Of a stretch of 64,000 nucleotides of DNA, positions 1 to 9,702 are shown piece by piece (within the stretch, counting starts at the first letter, position 1; each line of letters begins with the position of its first letter). Source of the stretch: an uncultured Spirochaetota bacterium (GTDB lineage: Bacteria > Spirochaetota > Brevinematia > Brevinematales > JAOACQ01); NCBI GenBank assembly GCA_963835575.1, contig CAWIGG010000004.1, forward strand, positions 736,001-800,000, in the 5' to 3' direction. The translations under genes were made by a program, and so were the position numbers. The notes beneath the pieces are model-generated. The model was given only the letters and a program-made list of their open reading frames with translations, searched no databases and had not been told where the DNA came from.

Positions 1-2
1 CC

Positions 3-362
3 ACAACGCTCAGCGGAGGCGAAGCTCAGAGGATAAAACTTGCCAAGGAATTATCAAAAGTCGGCACCGGCAATACTCTCTATATCCTGGATGAACCGAC
101 AGTCGGCCTTCATTTTGACGATGTTAAAAAACTGATCCATGTACTTCAGTCCCTTGTGGATAAAGGGAATTCCGTGATCGTCATTGAGCATAATATGGAT
201 GTGATCAAGGTCGCGGACTGGATTATAGACCTCGGTCCCGAAGGAGGGGATAAAGGCGGAAGAATTGTTTTTGAGGGAAAGCCGGAAGATATTTTAAAAG
301 ATAAGAAGTCATATACGGGCCAATTTTTAAATAAGTATCTTGCTGAAATGAAAAAAAAATAG
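3..362 (+). CDS. uvrA: Excinuclease ABC subunit A, C-terminal part (truncated by window edge)
   Basis: Frame from nt 3 reads [17 protein letters not shown]...[12 protein letters not shown]...[27 protein letters not shown], the UvrA second ABC domain. Confidence 0.97.
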   Translation, partial: TTLSGGEAQRIKLAKELSKVGTGNTLYILDEPTVGLHFDDVKKLIHVLQSLVDKGNSVIVIEHNMDVIKVADWIIDLGPEGGDKGGRIVFEGKPEDILKDKKSYTGQFLNKYLAEMKKK

Positions 363-503
363 GCTGATAATATTAATTGTAAAATATGTTAAATATATTT
401 CAAAAAAGTGTGGATTTTTAATTTGAAATAAAATATAATAAACTCACTTAAAAGATCCTCTTTGCAAAATCGTCATTTAAAAATTTGAGGGGAGATTTTG
501 CGT

Positions 504-1217
504 ATGAAGGGCTCTCAAAAGAGCATCCGTGAATCGTTTTATACTTTTTCTTTTTCTCCTTTTATGTTAACTCTGTTTAAAGAGGACATTAAGCGGATCA
601 TTGAAATCACGAAAAGCGATTTCCCAAAAGTCACAATCCAGATAGGCCAGTATACTCTGGAAAAAGAAATTAATGAGATATCGGATATTGAAGCCATCGC
701 GAAAAGCAATCAAAAGAAACTCAGGGAATATCACTGCCTGTATATATTGGTTCAGACTTCGCCTAAGGAAACAGAAAAACCGTATATGATCATAGATATT
801 TCGCCTTCCAGCTATAATTTGTTTATATCAGATTCGGAGGAAAAGAAATTAATTGCCCTCCATGCGAAAATAAAGGAAATAATGGTCAACAGAAATATAT
901 ACCGGTTTTTTAAAAACAAAATCATTAATATTTTTGTATTGATTTGTGATGTATTTTTTGTTCTTTATGTGCTTTTTTTAAAGGATATTATTGAAAAGCT
1001 GATAAATTTTCGGATTCCGGACACATTGTTTTTACTCGCGGCCCTGCTTGTGAATATAATCTTTATTGTGCCTCATGGGAAAAACAAGATTTATATTCAG
1101 GAGGAAAAGAAGGTCAGCGTATTTAAGAAAGACAGGGAAACGATCATGATCGGCGGCATCATCGCGGTGATCGGTATTATTCTTATATTTTCCATTTTAA
1201 AGTTATTCGGCATGTAA
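504..1217 (+). CDS. Hypothetical membrane protein (three C-terminal hydrophobic segments)
   Basis: ORF 498..1217; GAGGGG RBS upstream; ATG at 504 chosen, TTG at 498 possible. Confidence 0.7.
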   Translation: MKGSQKSIRESFYTFSFSPFMLTLFKEDIKRIIEITKSDFPKVTIQIGQYTLEKEINEISDIEAIAKSNQKKLREYHCLYILVQTSPKETEKPYMIIDISPSSYNLFISDSEEKKLIALHAKIKEIMVNRNIYRFFKNKIINIFVLICDVFFVLYVLFLKDIIEKLINFRIPDTLFLLAALLVNIIFIVPHGKNKIYIQEEKKVSVFKKDRETIMIGGIIAVIGIILIFSILKLFGM

Positions 1218-1222
1218 TATAA

Positions 1223-1386
1223 GGGCAGTTCCAAAAACCTTAAGTTTTTAGGAACTGCCCCGGTTATAAAAACTTTTTGGTTAATGTAAATGACGCTACT
1301 GCGTGGAGTTTGCAAAGCAAACTTAGCAGTTGCATGAATCAAAACAATGTCGGCAGTTCTAAAAATATGAGTTTTTAGAACTGCCC
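1223..1386 (+). repeat. Structured intergenic repeat, copy A (MITE/REPIN-like)
   Basis: Hairpins GGGCAGTTCCAAAAAC..GTTTTTAGGAACTGCCC (1223-1260) and GGCAGTTCTAAAAA..TTTTTAGAACTGCC (1352-1385) flank a core shared with 57553-57655; ATAA on both sides (1219-1222, 1387-1390). Confidence 0.85.
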
Positions 1387-1413
1387 ATAAGTTAAGGCGG
1401 GAGGGGATTAAAA

Positions 1414-3516
1414 ATGGAACAGCTTGTGAAGGATTTGGTCCAATCAAAGAAATCAATCAATCAAAGCGCTTTCGTTAAAAAGAGAGACGGAAGGATCACT
1501 GATTTTGACGCGTCCAAGATAGCATCCGCTGTTAATAAGGCTTTCGTGGCGACAGGTGAGGGCAATTATAATCAGGCCTGGGAAATCACGGCCATGATAG
1601 TCAGCAAGCTTGAAGAAAAGGTTGTTGAAATCGAGCATATCCAGGATATTGTTGAAGACACGCTGATGAACATGGGTTTTAGAAAAGCCGCAAAATCCTA
1701 CATTCTTTACCGCGCTAAAAGAAGCGAGCTCCGCAATATCAATAAAACCCTGAATGAAAGTTTAAATATGATCGAAGACTATGTGCATCTGCGGGACTGG
1801 AGGGTCAATGAAAACAGCAACATGAGCTATTCCCTGCAGGGCCTGAACTCGCATGTCTCTTCCACAATTACGGCTAATTACTGGCTGACTAAAATATATA
1901 CTCCCGATATCGGGGAGGCGCACCGCAGCGGCGCCGTTCATATCCATGACCTTGGTTCATTGTCGGCCTATTGCGTGGGCTGGGACCTGGAACAGCTTTT
2001 GATCCAGGGATTCGGCGGCGTCGTCGGCAAGGTGGAAAGCAAGCCAGCCAGGCATTTCCGCGCGGCGCTCGGACAGATCGTTAATTTCTTTTATACCCTC
2101 CAGGGCGAGGCGGCAGGAGCGCAGGCTTTTGCCAATATCGATACGCTCCTGGCGCCCTTTATCCGCCATGACAAGCTCAGTTATAATGAAGTCAAGCAGG
2201 CCATGCAGGAATTCGTCTTTAACCTCAATGTGCCGACGCGGACCGGCTTTCAGACTCCTTTTACAAACCTGACCTTTGACCTTGTCTGCCCTTCTTATTT
2301 CAGGGATAAGGGCGTGATCATCGGAGGGGAAATCCAGGACGAAACCTATTCGGAATTCAAGAAGGAAATGGAATATATCAATCAGGCGTTCGCGGAAGTG
2401 ATGCTGGAAGGCGACGCGAAAAACAGGCCCTTTACATTCCCGATCCCGACATATAATATCACTAAGAAATTTGACTGGGAAAACCCGGCTTATAATAAGA
2501 TCTGGGAAATGACGGCCAAGTACGGGACCCCCTATTTCAGTAATTTTATCAACTCGGATATGAGCGAGGAAGACACCAGAAGCATGTGCTGCCGGCTCAA
2601 ACTGGATAACCGGGAGGTCAGGGCCCAGCTGGACAAGATGGCTCAGAAGCATGGCGAAGAAACCGGGCAGGGAAAAAGAGGCGGGCTTTTTGCCGCGAAC
2701 CCGATGACCGGTTCCATCGGTGTTGTGACGATCAACCTGCCGCGGATAGCTTATTCGGCAAAATCCGAAGAAGAGTTTTTAGAATCCCTCCGCCAGATGA
2801 TGGTCCTCTCAAAAAATTCCCTGGAAATGAAAAGAAAAATGATCGAGGACCTGACTGACAGAGGGCTTTATCCTTATACGCGTATTTATCTTCAGGATAT
2901 TAAAAAAAGAAGCGGAAGATACTGGACAAACCATTTTTCAACAATAGGCATGATCGGTATGAATGAAGCGGTGATGAATTTTATTAAAAAGCCTTATCAT
3001 ACTGAAGAAGGCAGGAATTTTGGAATAAAGGTCCTGGATTTTATGCTCGAAGTCCTCGAGGGCTTTAAGCGCGAAACGGGGCATCTTTATAATCTTGAAG
3101 CCTCCCCGGCTGAAGGCGCGAGCTTCCGCCTGGCAAAGGCGGACAAAAAGAGTTTTCCGGAAATCATTTCTTCCGGTACGCAGGAAGCGCCTTATTATAC
3201 CAATTCCGTCCATCTGCCTGTCAACGCCACGGATGACATTTTTGAGCTTCTTGACCATCAGGACCCTCTTCAGGCTAAATTTACGGGAGGGACGGTCATC
3301 CATATCTTCCTGGGAGAAAAAGTGAAGAACCCGGCAGCTATCGCCGGTATGGTCAAGACTGTGGCGAGCCAGTATCATCTGCCTTATTTTTCAATAACGC
3401 CGACATTTTCCATTTGCCCTGTTCATGGCTACATAAACGGCGAACAATGGATCTGCCCGCTGCCGCATACGGATGAAGAATTGAAAAAATACGGGAAATA
3501 TATTGAAAGTATATAA
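1414..3516 (+). CDS. nrdD: Anaerobic (class III) ribonucleoside-triphosphate reductase, large subunit lacking the glycyl-radical C-terminus
   Basis: N-terminal ATP cone (KKRDGR..FDASKI), HIHDL, YCVGW, RSMCCRL finger loop, PAEG, YYTNS, SITPTFSICPVHGY. Confidence 0.95.
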   Translation: MEQLVKDLVQSKKSINQSAFVKKRDGRITDFDASKIASAVNKAFVATGEGNYNQAWEITAMIVSKLEEKVVEIEHIQDIVEDTLMNMGFRKAAKSYILYRAKRSELRNINKTLNESLNMIEDYVHLRDWRVNENSNMSYSLQGLNSHVSSTITANYWLTKIYTPDIGEAHRSGAVHIHDLGSLSAYCVGWDLEQLLIQGFGGVVGKVESKPARHFRAALGQIVNFFYTLQGEAAGAQAFANIDTLLAPFIRHDKLSYNEVKQAMQEFVFNLNVPTRTGFQTPFTNLTFDLVCPSYFRDKGVIIGGEIQDETYSEFKKEMEYINQAFAEVMLEGDAKNRPFTFPIPTYNITKKFDWENPAYNKIWEMTAKYGTPYFSNFINSDMSEEDTRSMCCRLKLDNREVRAQLDKMAQKHGEETGQGKRGGLFAANPMTGSIGVVTINLPRIAYSAKSEEEFLESLRQMMVLSKNSLEMKRKMIEDLTDRGLYPYTRIYLQDIKKRSGRYWTNHFSTIGMIGMNEAVMNFIKKPYHTEEGRNFGIKVLDFMLEVLEGFKRETGHLYNLEASPAEGASFRLAKADKKSFPEIISSGTQEAPYYTNSVHLPVNATDDIFELLDHQDPLQAKFTGGTVIHIFLGEKVKNPAAIAGMVKTVASQYHLPYFSITPTFSICPVHGYINGEQWICPLPHTDEELKKYGKYIESI

Positions 3517-3547
3517 TTTTACCGATGATTTGAGGGAGGGGTTTTTT

Positions 3548-3700
3548 ATGGAACAGAATGAAAATAAGCGTCTGGTGATTCCGACGGAAGTTTATTCCAG
3601 GATTGTGGGATATTACCGGCCGGTCCAGCATTGGAATGTGGGGAAACAGCAGGAATTTTCCGAACGGAATACTTATGAGGAAAAACTGATCGTTGAATAA
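3548..3700 (+). CDS. Stand-alone NrdD glycyl-radical domain (50 aa)
   Basis: MEQNENKRLVIPTEVYSRIVGYYRPVQHWNVGKQQEF carries the RxxGY glycyl-radical motif; own RBS GGGAGGGG at 3534-3541. Confidence 0.9.
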   Translation: MEQNENKRLVIPTEVYSRIVGYYRPVQHWNVGKQQEFSERNTYEEKLIVE

Positions 3701-3716
3701 TTGATGATATTAACCG

Positions 3717-4313
3717 ATGTTCAGGGGAATTCAGAAGACTTCGCTGATCGATTATCCTCCGTATATATCTTCGACTTTATTTACCGGCGGATGCAATTTC
3801 AGGTGTCCATGGTGCCATAACTGGGATCTGGTATTGCCTGAGCTTTATGAGAAATTACCGGTAATCAAAGAAGATGAAGTTAAAGACTATCTTGTTTCAA
3901 AAAAAGGCAAAATCCAGGGCGTCTGTGTGACAGGTGGGGAGCCGACCCTCTGGGGAGAAAGGCTGGCCGGTTTTTTTGACTGGTGCAGAAAGAACGGCTT
4001 TTTGACCAAGCTGGATACAAACGGTTACCTGCCGGATGTGCTGAAGGGATATATTGATAGGAATCTGCTGGATTTTATCGCCATGGATATTAAAAACACT
4101 TTTCCGAAATATAAAAAAACAACAGGAATGACTGAACTGGATATCAAAAGAATAAAGAAATCCATAAAGATTATTCAGGACAGCGGCGTCAGGCATCAAT
4201 TCCGGACAACCCTTGTCCCAGGGCTTGTTGAAGAAAATGAAATAAAAATAATTGAAGAAGACTTGGAAGAGGAAATATTATTCCAGGAATATCGGAATGA
4301 TAAAAATAGCTGA
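3717..4313 (+). CDS. nrdG: Anaerobic RNR activating enzyme (radical SAM)
   Basis: SLIDYP, GCNFRCPWCHN (CxxxCxxC), TGGEPT, KLDTNG; follows nrdD. Confidence 0.95.
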   Translation: MFRGIQKTSLIDYPPYISSTLFTGGCNFRCPWCHNWDLVLPELYEKLPVIKEDEVKDYLVSKKGKIQGVCVTGGEPTLWGERLAGFFDWCRKNGFLTKLDTNGYLPDVLKGYIDRNLLDFIAMDIKNTFPKYKKTTGMTELDIKRIKKSIKIIQDSGVRHQFRTTLVPGLVEENEIKIIEEDLEEEILFQEYRNDKNS

Positions 4314-4317
4314 TCTT

Positions 4318-4797
4318 TCACTTTAAATTCTTTTCATATTTTATCTGCGTCTGGAGCAGGTAATGTCTCAGGGCGTCATGAAGGGATTTGTCTTTAATTT
4401 CCTTCAGCGACTCATCGATTTTTTTCAGGATTTTCGGATCAATCTTCTTTGTATAGTCCTCATTTTCCGGTAATTCCAGATTTATATCGCCTATTTTAAA
4501 CCGGATTGTGTCAAAAAGGCTGGAAAATTTCGGATTATTGAAATAACGCTGTATGTTTGCCTTCATTTCGTCCTTATTCAGGCTGAGTTCCTGGATCCAG
4601 ATGGGGTCGTCTACAAAAACAGTCAATGTTTTATTATAGATATTTGCCGGCAGAGAATGGGACGCTATTCCTCCGCCGATAATGTCGGCCCAGTTTTTAC
4701 GGAGCAGAGCTGTAAAATAAAATTGATCAGGAATGGACTGCCTGATATAATTGCCGATCCCGGACTGAAGAAAATTGAGAGTATTATATTTTCTCAT
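4318..4797 (-). CDS. DUF721/DciA-family protein
   Basis: W..IIG..IA.HS.P....KTLTVFVDDPIWIQEL pattern typical of DUF721. Confidence 0.75.
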   Translation of the reverse strand: MRKYNTLNFLQSGIGNYIRQSIPDQFYFTALLRKNWADIIGGGIASHSLPANIYNKTLTVFVDDPIWIQELSLNKDEMKANIQRYFNNPKFSSLFDTIRFKIGDINLELPENEDYTKKIDPKILKKIDESLKEIKDKSLHDALRHYLLQTQIKYEKNLK

Positions 4798-4922
4798 ACG
4801 ATTTATTATAGCAGAAAAAGGACCATTATGGGAAATTTCCGTAATAACATGTTATTTAAAACGAACAGTTCATAAGCGTTGGTAAAAAACACTTGAAGTA
4901 CTACCTTTTTAAAAGGTTTTAT

Positions 4923-4967
4923 TATAGGGCAGTTTCAAAAACTTTAAGTTTTTGAAACTGCCCTATA
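4923..4967. repeat. Solo perfect palindrome of the GGGCAGTT..AACTGCCC hairpin family
   Basis: 22-bp arms TATAGGGCAGTTTCAAAAACTT / AAGTTTTTGAAACTGCCCTATA around 1 nt; same family as the hairpins at 1223, 1352 and 11550. Confidence 0.85.
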
Positions 4968-4999
4968 TAATATTTACCTTCAGAATGAGGAAAGGAAAA

Positions 5000-7519
5000 A
5001 TGTGGGAAACACTGGAAAGAGAAATACTGCCTTTTGTGGACAAACCCGCCCGGTATATCGGCGGGGAGCAGAATTCGGTTATTAAAGATCATCGCGGAAA
5101 GACTAGCGTCTGTTTGATCTATCCCGATGTGTATGAGATCGGTATTTCCAATATCGGGCTGAAAATCCTGTATCACATTTTAAATACTGAAAAAAACATT
5201 GTCTGCGAGAGGGCTTATGCTCCCTGGCCGGACATGGAAGAGAAGCTGAGGGAAAAGAAACTGCCGCTTTATTCGCTTGAGACAAAAAAGCCTCTTTCCG
5301 GATTCGATATTCTGGGTTTTACATTTCAGTATGAGCTTCTCTACACCAACTTTCTCAATATCCTGGATTTGTCGCAGATTCCGCTTTATGCGAAAGACAG
5401 GGGAGCTGTCCACCCTTTTATTATAGGCGGGGGGCCTGTTTCAGGCAACCTGGAGCCTGTTGCGCCTTTTCTTGACGCAATCTGCATCGGCGATGGGGAA
5501 AGCAGGGTTCTCTGCATCACTAAGGCTGTGACGGCAAGTAAAAAAAAAGGAAAATCAAGGATTGATATCCTCAAAGACCTGTCCCTGATCGATGGGGTTT
5601 ATGTGCCTCTTCTTTATGAGACGAAAGAGGAAAACGGGTTTATCATTCCGGTCGGGCCGAAAGTCAGAAGGTTCAGCGAACCCGAATTATCGGATAAGGC
5701 TTTTACCACGGCCCAAATCCTGCCGAACCTGCAGGCGGTCCAGGACAGGGCCGTCGTGGAGGTGGCGAGAGGATGCACGAGGGGCTGCCGCTTCTGCCAG
5801 GCCGGGATGCTGTACAGGCCCTTAAGGGAAAGAAGCGTTTCTTCAATATTAAAACTGACGCGGGAAATTATTAATAATACCGGATACCGCGAACTGTCGC
5901 TGATATCCCTTTCCATCAGCGATTACTCGGATTTGAATACATTGATCGAGGCTCTGGACAAACAGCTTTCCCCCCATGGGGTCTCTTTTTCCCTCCCGAG
6001 CCTGAGGATTGATTCTTTCAATCTGGAACTGGCCCAAAAGGTGAAGGAAATCAGGAAAAGCGGCCTGACTTTCGCTGTTGAAGGCGGGACCCAGATTCTG
6101 AGGGACGCCATCAATAAAAACGTTTCCGAGGATGAGCTGATAAAGGTCATCCAGATAGCGAAGAATCTTGGGTGGAGGAGCGTGAAGCTCTATTTTATGA
6201 TCGGGCTCTGTTCCATAGAAAAAGGCGCGGAAATTGAAGGCATTGCCCGGCTCGCTGAAAAAATAGATTCACTTGTGAAAGGAATTAAATTTACAATCAG
6301 CATTGCCCTGTTTATTCCGAAGGCGCACACACCTTTCCAGTGGAATGCTCAGATGAGAATGGAAGACGCCTCGGATGATTTTCATAATCTGATCAGAACA
6401 TTAAGATCAAAAAGAAATATCAATATCCGCTTTCATGAACCGGATATGAGCCATCTGGAGGGGATCTTTTCAAGAGGCGATAGAAGATTGGCGAAAGCCG
6501 TTGAGCTTGCTTTTCAAAAGGGCGCCAGGTTTGACGGATGGAGCGATCATTTTAATTACGGGAAATGGAAGGAAGCTTTTGAGGAAGCGGGGATCAATCC
6601 GGGTTTTTATCTTCAGGCAAAGGATCCCCAGAAATTATTGCCCTGGGAGCATATAGATTCCGGAATTACGAAAAAGTATTTATTAAAGGAAAGGGAAAAG
6701 TCCCTTCAGAATAAAACTACCGGAGACTGTCGTGACGCCTGCCATGATTTCTGCGGCAGCTGCGACTTCAGGAATATAAAGCCCAGGCCGGCTAAAAAAA
6801 GGGCGGGGGAAAAGATTAAGCTTGATAAAGGCTTTTTAAATAAAGTATTGATCGGGAATAGTTCCCGTTTTCTCTGCAGGTTTCTTTACAGCAAAACAGG
6901 GCTTATGAAGTACATCGGCCCCATCGATCTGGAGGAAATATTTGTACGGGCTTTCATCCGCGCGAATATTCCGGTGGTTTTCACAAAAGGATATAATCCG
7001 CATATCCGTGTGGAAATGGGCTGGGCGCTTCCCATCGGTTTTTCCAGTTTGTATGAAACGGCGGAGATAGAATTGGCGGGAGCAGTGAATGAAGTGAAAT
7101 TATTAAAAAAGCTCAATAAAGAATTGCCTTCCGGCCTGAAATTTATTAGATTTAAGGTGTTGAAAATGCCCGCCGCGAAACTCAGTAAAACCGGCAAGGA
7201 ACATTCAGTACAGTTTTCATTTAATAAAGCGGGGATTGAAGATAAGGTTTCAGAGGTGTTAAATTATCTCGGAGAATTTAAAAAAATCACTTCAAAAAAA
7301 GAAAAGGTGATTAATTTAAAGGAATATTTAACTCAATTTGAAATCAAAGAAAGCCGTGCTTATGTGACCTTTATACAGAAGGAAGGCGGGGCCAGGATTC
7401 AGGATTTCATTACAGCTTTAACGGGCTATGATACTCGCCGGGCCCTCATTCTGGATCCATGTGTGAAAAAGCGCTTTCTGATGGAAAATGGAAAACAAGT
7501 CCTGCTTTTTGATTTATAA
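5000..7519 (+). CDS. B12-binding-domain radical SAM protein (TIGR03960-like) fused to radical SAM-linked domain (TIGR03936-like)
   Basis: KPARYIGGE, YPDVYEIGISN, RGCTRGCRFCQAG; C-terminal FTKGYNPH..ALPIG; ATG 5000 after AGGAAAGG. Confidence 0.88.
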   Translation: MWETLEREILPFVDKPARYIGGEQNSVIKDHRGKTSVCLIYPDVYEIGISNIGLKILYHILNTEKNIVCERAYAPWPDMEEKLREKKLPLYSLETKKPLSGFDILGFTFQYELLYTNFLNILDLSQIPLYAKDRGAVHPFIIGGGPVSGNLEPVAPFLDAICIGDGESRVLCITKAVTASKKKGKSRIDILKDLSLIDGVYVPLLYETKEENGFIIPVGPKVRRFSEPELSDKAFTTAQILPNLQAVQDRAVVEVARGCTRGCRFCQAGMLYRPLRERSVSSILKLTREIINNTGYRELSLISLSISDYSDLNTLIEALDKQLSPHGVSFSLPSLRIDSFNLELAQKVKEIRKSGLTFAVEGGTQILRDAINKNVSEDELIKVIQIAKNLGWRSVKLYFMIGLCSIEKGAEIEGIARLAEKIDSLVKGIKFTISIALFIPKAHTPFQWNAQMRMEDASDDFHNLIRTLRSKRNINIRFHEPDMSHLEGIFSRGDRRLAKAVELAFQKGARFDGWSDHFNYGKWKEAFEEAGINPGFYLQAKDPQKLLPWEHIDSGITKKYLLKEREKSLQNKTTGDCRDACHDFCGSCDFRNIKPRPAKKRAGEKIKLDKGFLNKVLIGNSSRFLCRFLYSKTGLMKYIGPIDLEEIFVRAFIRANIPVVFTKGYNPHIRVEMGWALPIGFSSLYETAEIELAGAVNEVKLLKKLNKELPSGLKFIRFKVLKMPAAKLSKTGKEHSVQFSFNKAGIEDKVSEVLNYLGEFKKITSKKEKVINLKEYLTQFEIKESRAYVTFIQKEGGARIQDFITALTGYDTRRALILDPCVKKRFLMENGKQVLLFDL

Positions 7520-7832
7520 AAAATATGGGGATCATGAAGCTTTTAATCAAAAAATTATACCTTTTAAAAGAAAAATATCGTTTTTGTCAAATATTTTTCA
7601 AGAAATGGTAGGAATTTTGCCGATTTATCTGTATATTATATATCACAAGGGTGAGTTTTTAAAAATCCCGATAAAAGACACATAATAATAGATTTTGACT
7701 AATCTTTAAAGAGTTTATACATTTCAATCAATTCTTTCATTGCTCTTGCTTTTCCGAATAGTTGTTTGTGAAAGCGTGTCTATTATAGGGGTGGATAGTT
7801 TACCCTGTATTTTTAATAATGGAGAAAGCAAT

Positions 7833-9620
7833 TTGATACCACAGCATGTCATTGAGGATATCCTTAATAGAGTATCAATCATAGATGTTATCGGTAAATA
7901 CACGGATGTAAAAAAGAGCGGCAGGAATTATCTGGCGCTCTGTCCCTTTCATCAGGAAAAAACACCCTCGTTTTCCGTCAGTGAAGAAAAAGGCCTGTAT
8001 CATTGCTTCGGATGCGGCGCTTCGGGAAATTCCATTAAATTTCTGATGGATTACCAGAAACTAAGCTTTATGGAAGCCCTGCAGGAATTGGCGAAAATGG
8101 CGTCTATTGACCTGAATCAATTCTCGGGTGAAAAGGAATTTGCTTCCTCAAAGGAAAAGGAAACCCTGCTGAAAATCAATAAGGAGTCGATGCTTTTTTT
8201 TCATAATCTCCTGCTTGAATCGCCCGACGCTCAAAAAGCCAGGGAATATTTAAAGAAAAGAAAATTGACGCTTGAGATAATAAAAAATTACCGGCTTGGA
8301 TACGGCGGAAAAGAATGGAATTCCCTGACAAAGTATTTAATTGAAAAAGGGTACCGTGAAGAAGACGCCGTAAAAGCAGGGGTAGCATATTCGGGCAATA
8401 ACGGATTGTTTGACCGCTTTAAAGACAGGGTCATATTTCCGATTTTTGATAAAGAAGGCAATACCGCGGGTTTCGGCGGACGCATCCTGACAGAGGATAA
8501 ACAATCGGCAAAATATTTGAATACTCTTGAAAATCCGGCCTTTCATAAAGGCAGTCTTCTTTTTTCATTCAATTTCGCAAAGGATGAAATGGTTAAAAAG
8601 AAAGAAGCCCTCGTTGTTGAGGGTTATATGGATGTGATCGCGCTTTATCAAAACGGGATTAAGAACGCGGTGGCGCCGCTCGGGACTTCCCTTACTGAAA
8701 GCCAGCTGGCGATCATTAAAAGGTATGTTGACAGTGTCGTTTTTATTTTTGACGGCGACGAGGCGGGGATTAACGCCGCCAACAGAGCGCTTGATATTTC
8801 AGTGGCAATCGATTTGAACCAGGCTGTTGTCATTCTGCCGGGCAAAAAGGACCCCTATGATTTTGCCATGGAACACGGCGGAGAGGCTTTTAATCAATAT
8901 GTTCAAAGTAAAAAACTCGCGCCGATGGATTTTAAGCTGCGCTATTTTGCCAAAAAAATTGACGTGAAGGAAAACAAGGTAAAATTTGTGCTCTCGCTCT
9001 TTCCCTATATTATGCAGGTAAATAGTTCCATTATACGTGAAGGGTATATTAAAAAAATAGCGCAATTTATTGACGAGGATTATTCTGTGGTTTTATCGGA
9101 ATACCAGAGCTTTTTAAGGCATGATAAAAATACCGGAAGAATGATCCGCGAATCGAAGGACAAAGATATTTTATATAATAAAGTAGAATCGGAACTCATC
9201 AGCATGCTGATTGTGAACCCGCAGTCTGTCCTTAATCTTTCAGATATTATCAGTGAGGATATGTTTTTAAATATGGAATTAAGGCGGATTTATCATCAGA
9301 TTAACGAAAATCCGGATAGAAAACCGGGAGAACTCATAACGGAACTTAATAACAATGAAATAATTAATAAAATAGCGGAATATGCTCAGAAGGAAGAAAT
9401 CGCCAAAGTCGTCCTTTTAGAATTGGCCTATAATCTTAAAGTTCAATATATTGGCAGGGAATTGGCGAAAATAAATCAAATGGTTCAGCAGTATGATAAT
9501 GAGGCGAATGATACTGAAAAAAATAAATATCTGGTAATGCATAAAGATCTTAAGAACGAAGAATTTATTATGAGAGAAAAACTGAAGGACTGCAGAAAAG
9601 AACTGGAATTATCCGAATAG
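7833..9620 (+). CDS. dnaG: DNA primase
   Basis: CPFHQEKTPSF..YHCFGC zinc finger, FGGR, KYLN, VEGYMDV, FDGDEAG TOPRIM, KDP; TTG start after GGAG. Confidence 0.97.
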   Translation: MIPQHVIEDILNRVSIIDVIGKYTDVKKSGRNYLALCPFHQEKTPSFSVSEEKGLYHCFGCGASGNSIKFLMDYQKLSFMEALQELAKMASIDLNQFSGEKEFASSKEKETLLKINKESMLFFHNLLLESPDAQKAREYLKKRKLTLEIIKNYRLGYGGKEWNSLTKYLIEKGYREEDAVKAGVAYSGNNGLFDRFKDRVIFPIFDKEGNTAGFGGRILTEDKQSAKYLNTLENPAFHKGSLLFSFNFAKDEMVKKKEALVVEGYMDVIALYQNGIKNAVAPLGTSLTESQLAIIKRYVDSVVFIFDGDEAGINAANRALDISVAIDLNQAVVILPGKKDPYDFAMEHGGEAFNQYVQSKKLAPMDFKLRYFAKKIDVKENKVKFVLSLFPYIMQVNSSIIREGYIKKIAQFIDEDYSVVLSEYQSFLRHDKNTGRMIRESKDKDILYNKVESELISMLIVNPQSVLNLSDIISEDMFLNMELRRIYHQINENPDRKPGELITELNNNEIINKIAEYAQKEEIAKVVLLELAYNLKVQYIGRELAKINQMVQQYDNEANDTEKNKYLVMHKDLKNEEFIMREKLKDCRKELELSE

Positions 9621-9702
9621 TTTTACCGAAATATATATGCGGTATCCCCCGCACTAAGAAGTTTTAAAGGGAAAGAGTTGAAAAGAAAAGGAGAGATAGA
9701 TT

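Noticed and set aside
1223..1260. Hairpins read as simple intrinsic terminators
   Set aside because: No 3' U-tract; they recur with a conserved downstream core, and one copy lies between divergent genes
1097..1456. 119-aa minus-strand ORF across repeat copy A
   Set aside because: Overlaps two real genes in antisense and spans a palindromic repeat
3503..3547. Programmed frameshift joining nrdD to the glycyl-radical ORF
   Set aside because: No clear slippery site in the short overlap, and the small ORF has its own strong RBS; not fully excluded
7598..7674. Two CCGAT sigma28-like motifs upstream of dnaG
   Set aside because: Spacing to candidate -35 elements (17-18 nt) does not fit well
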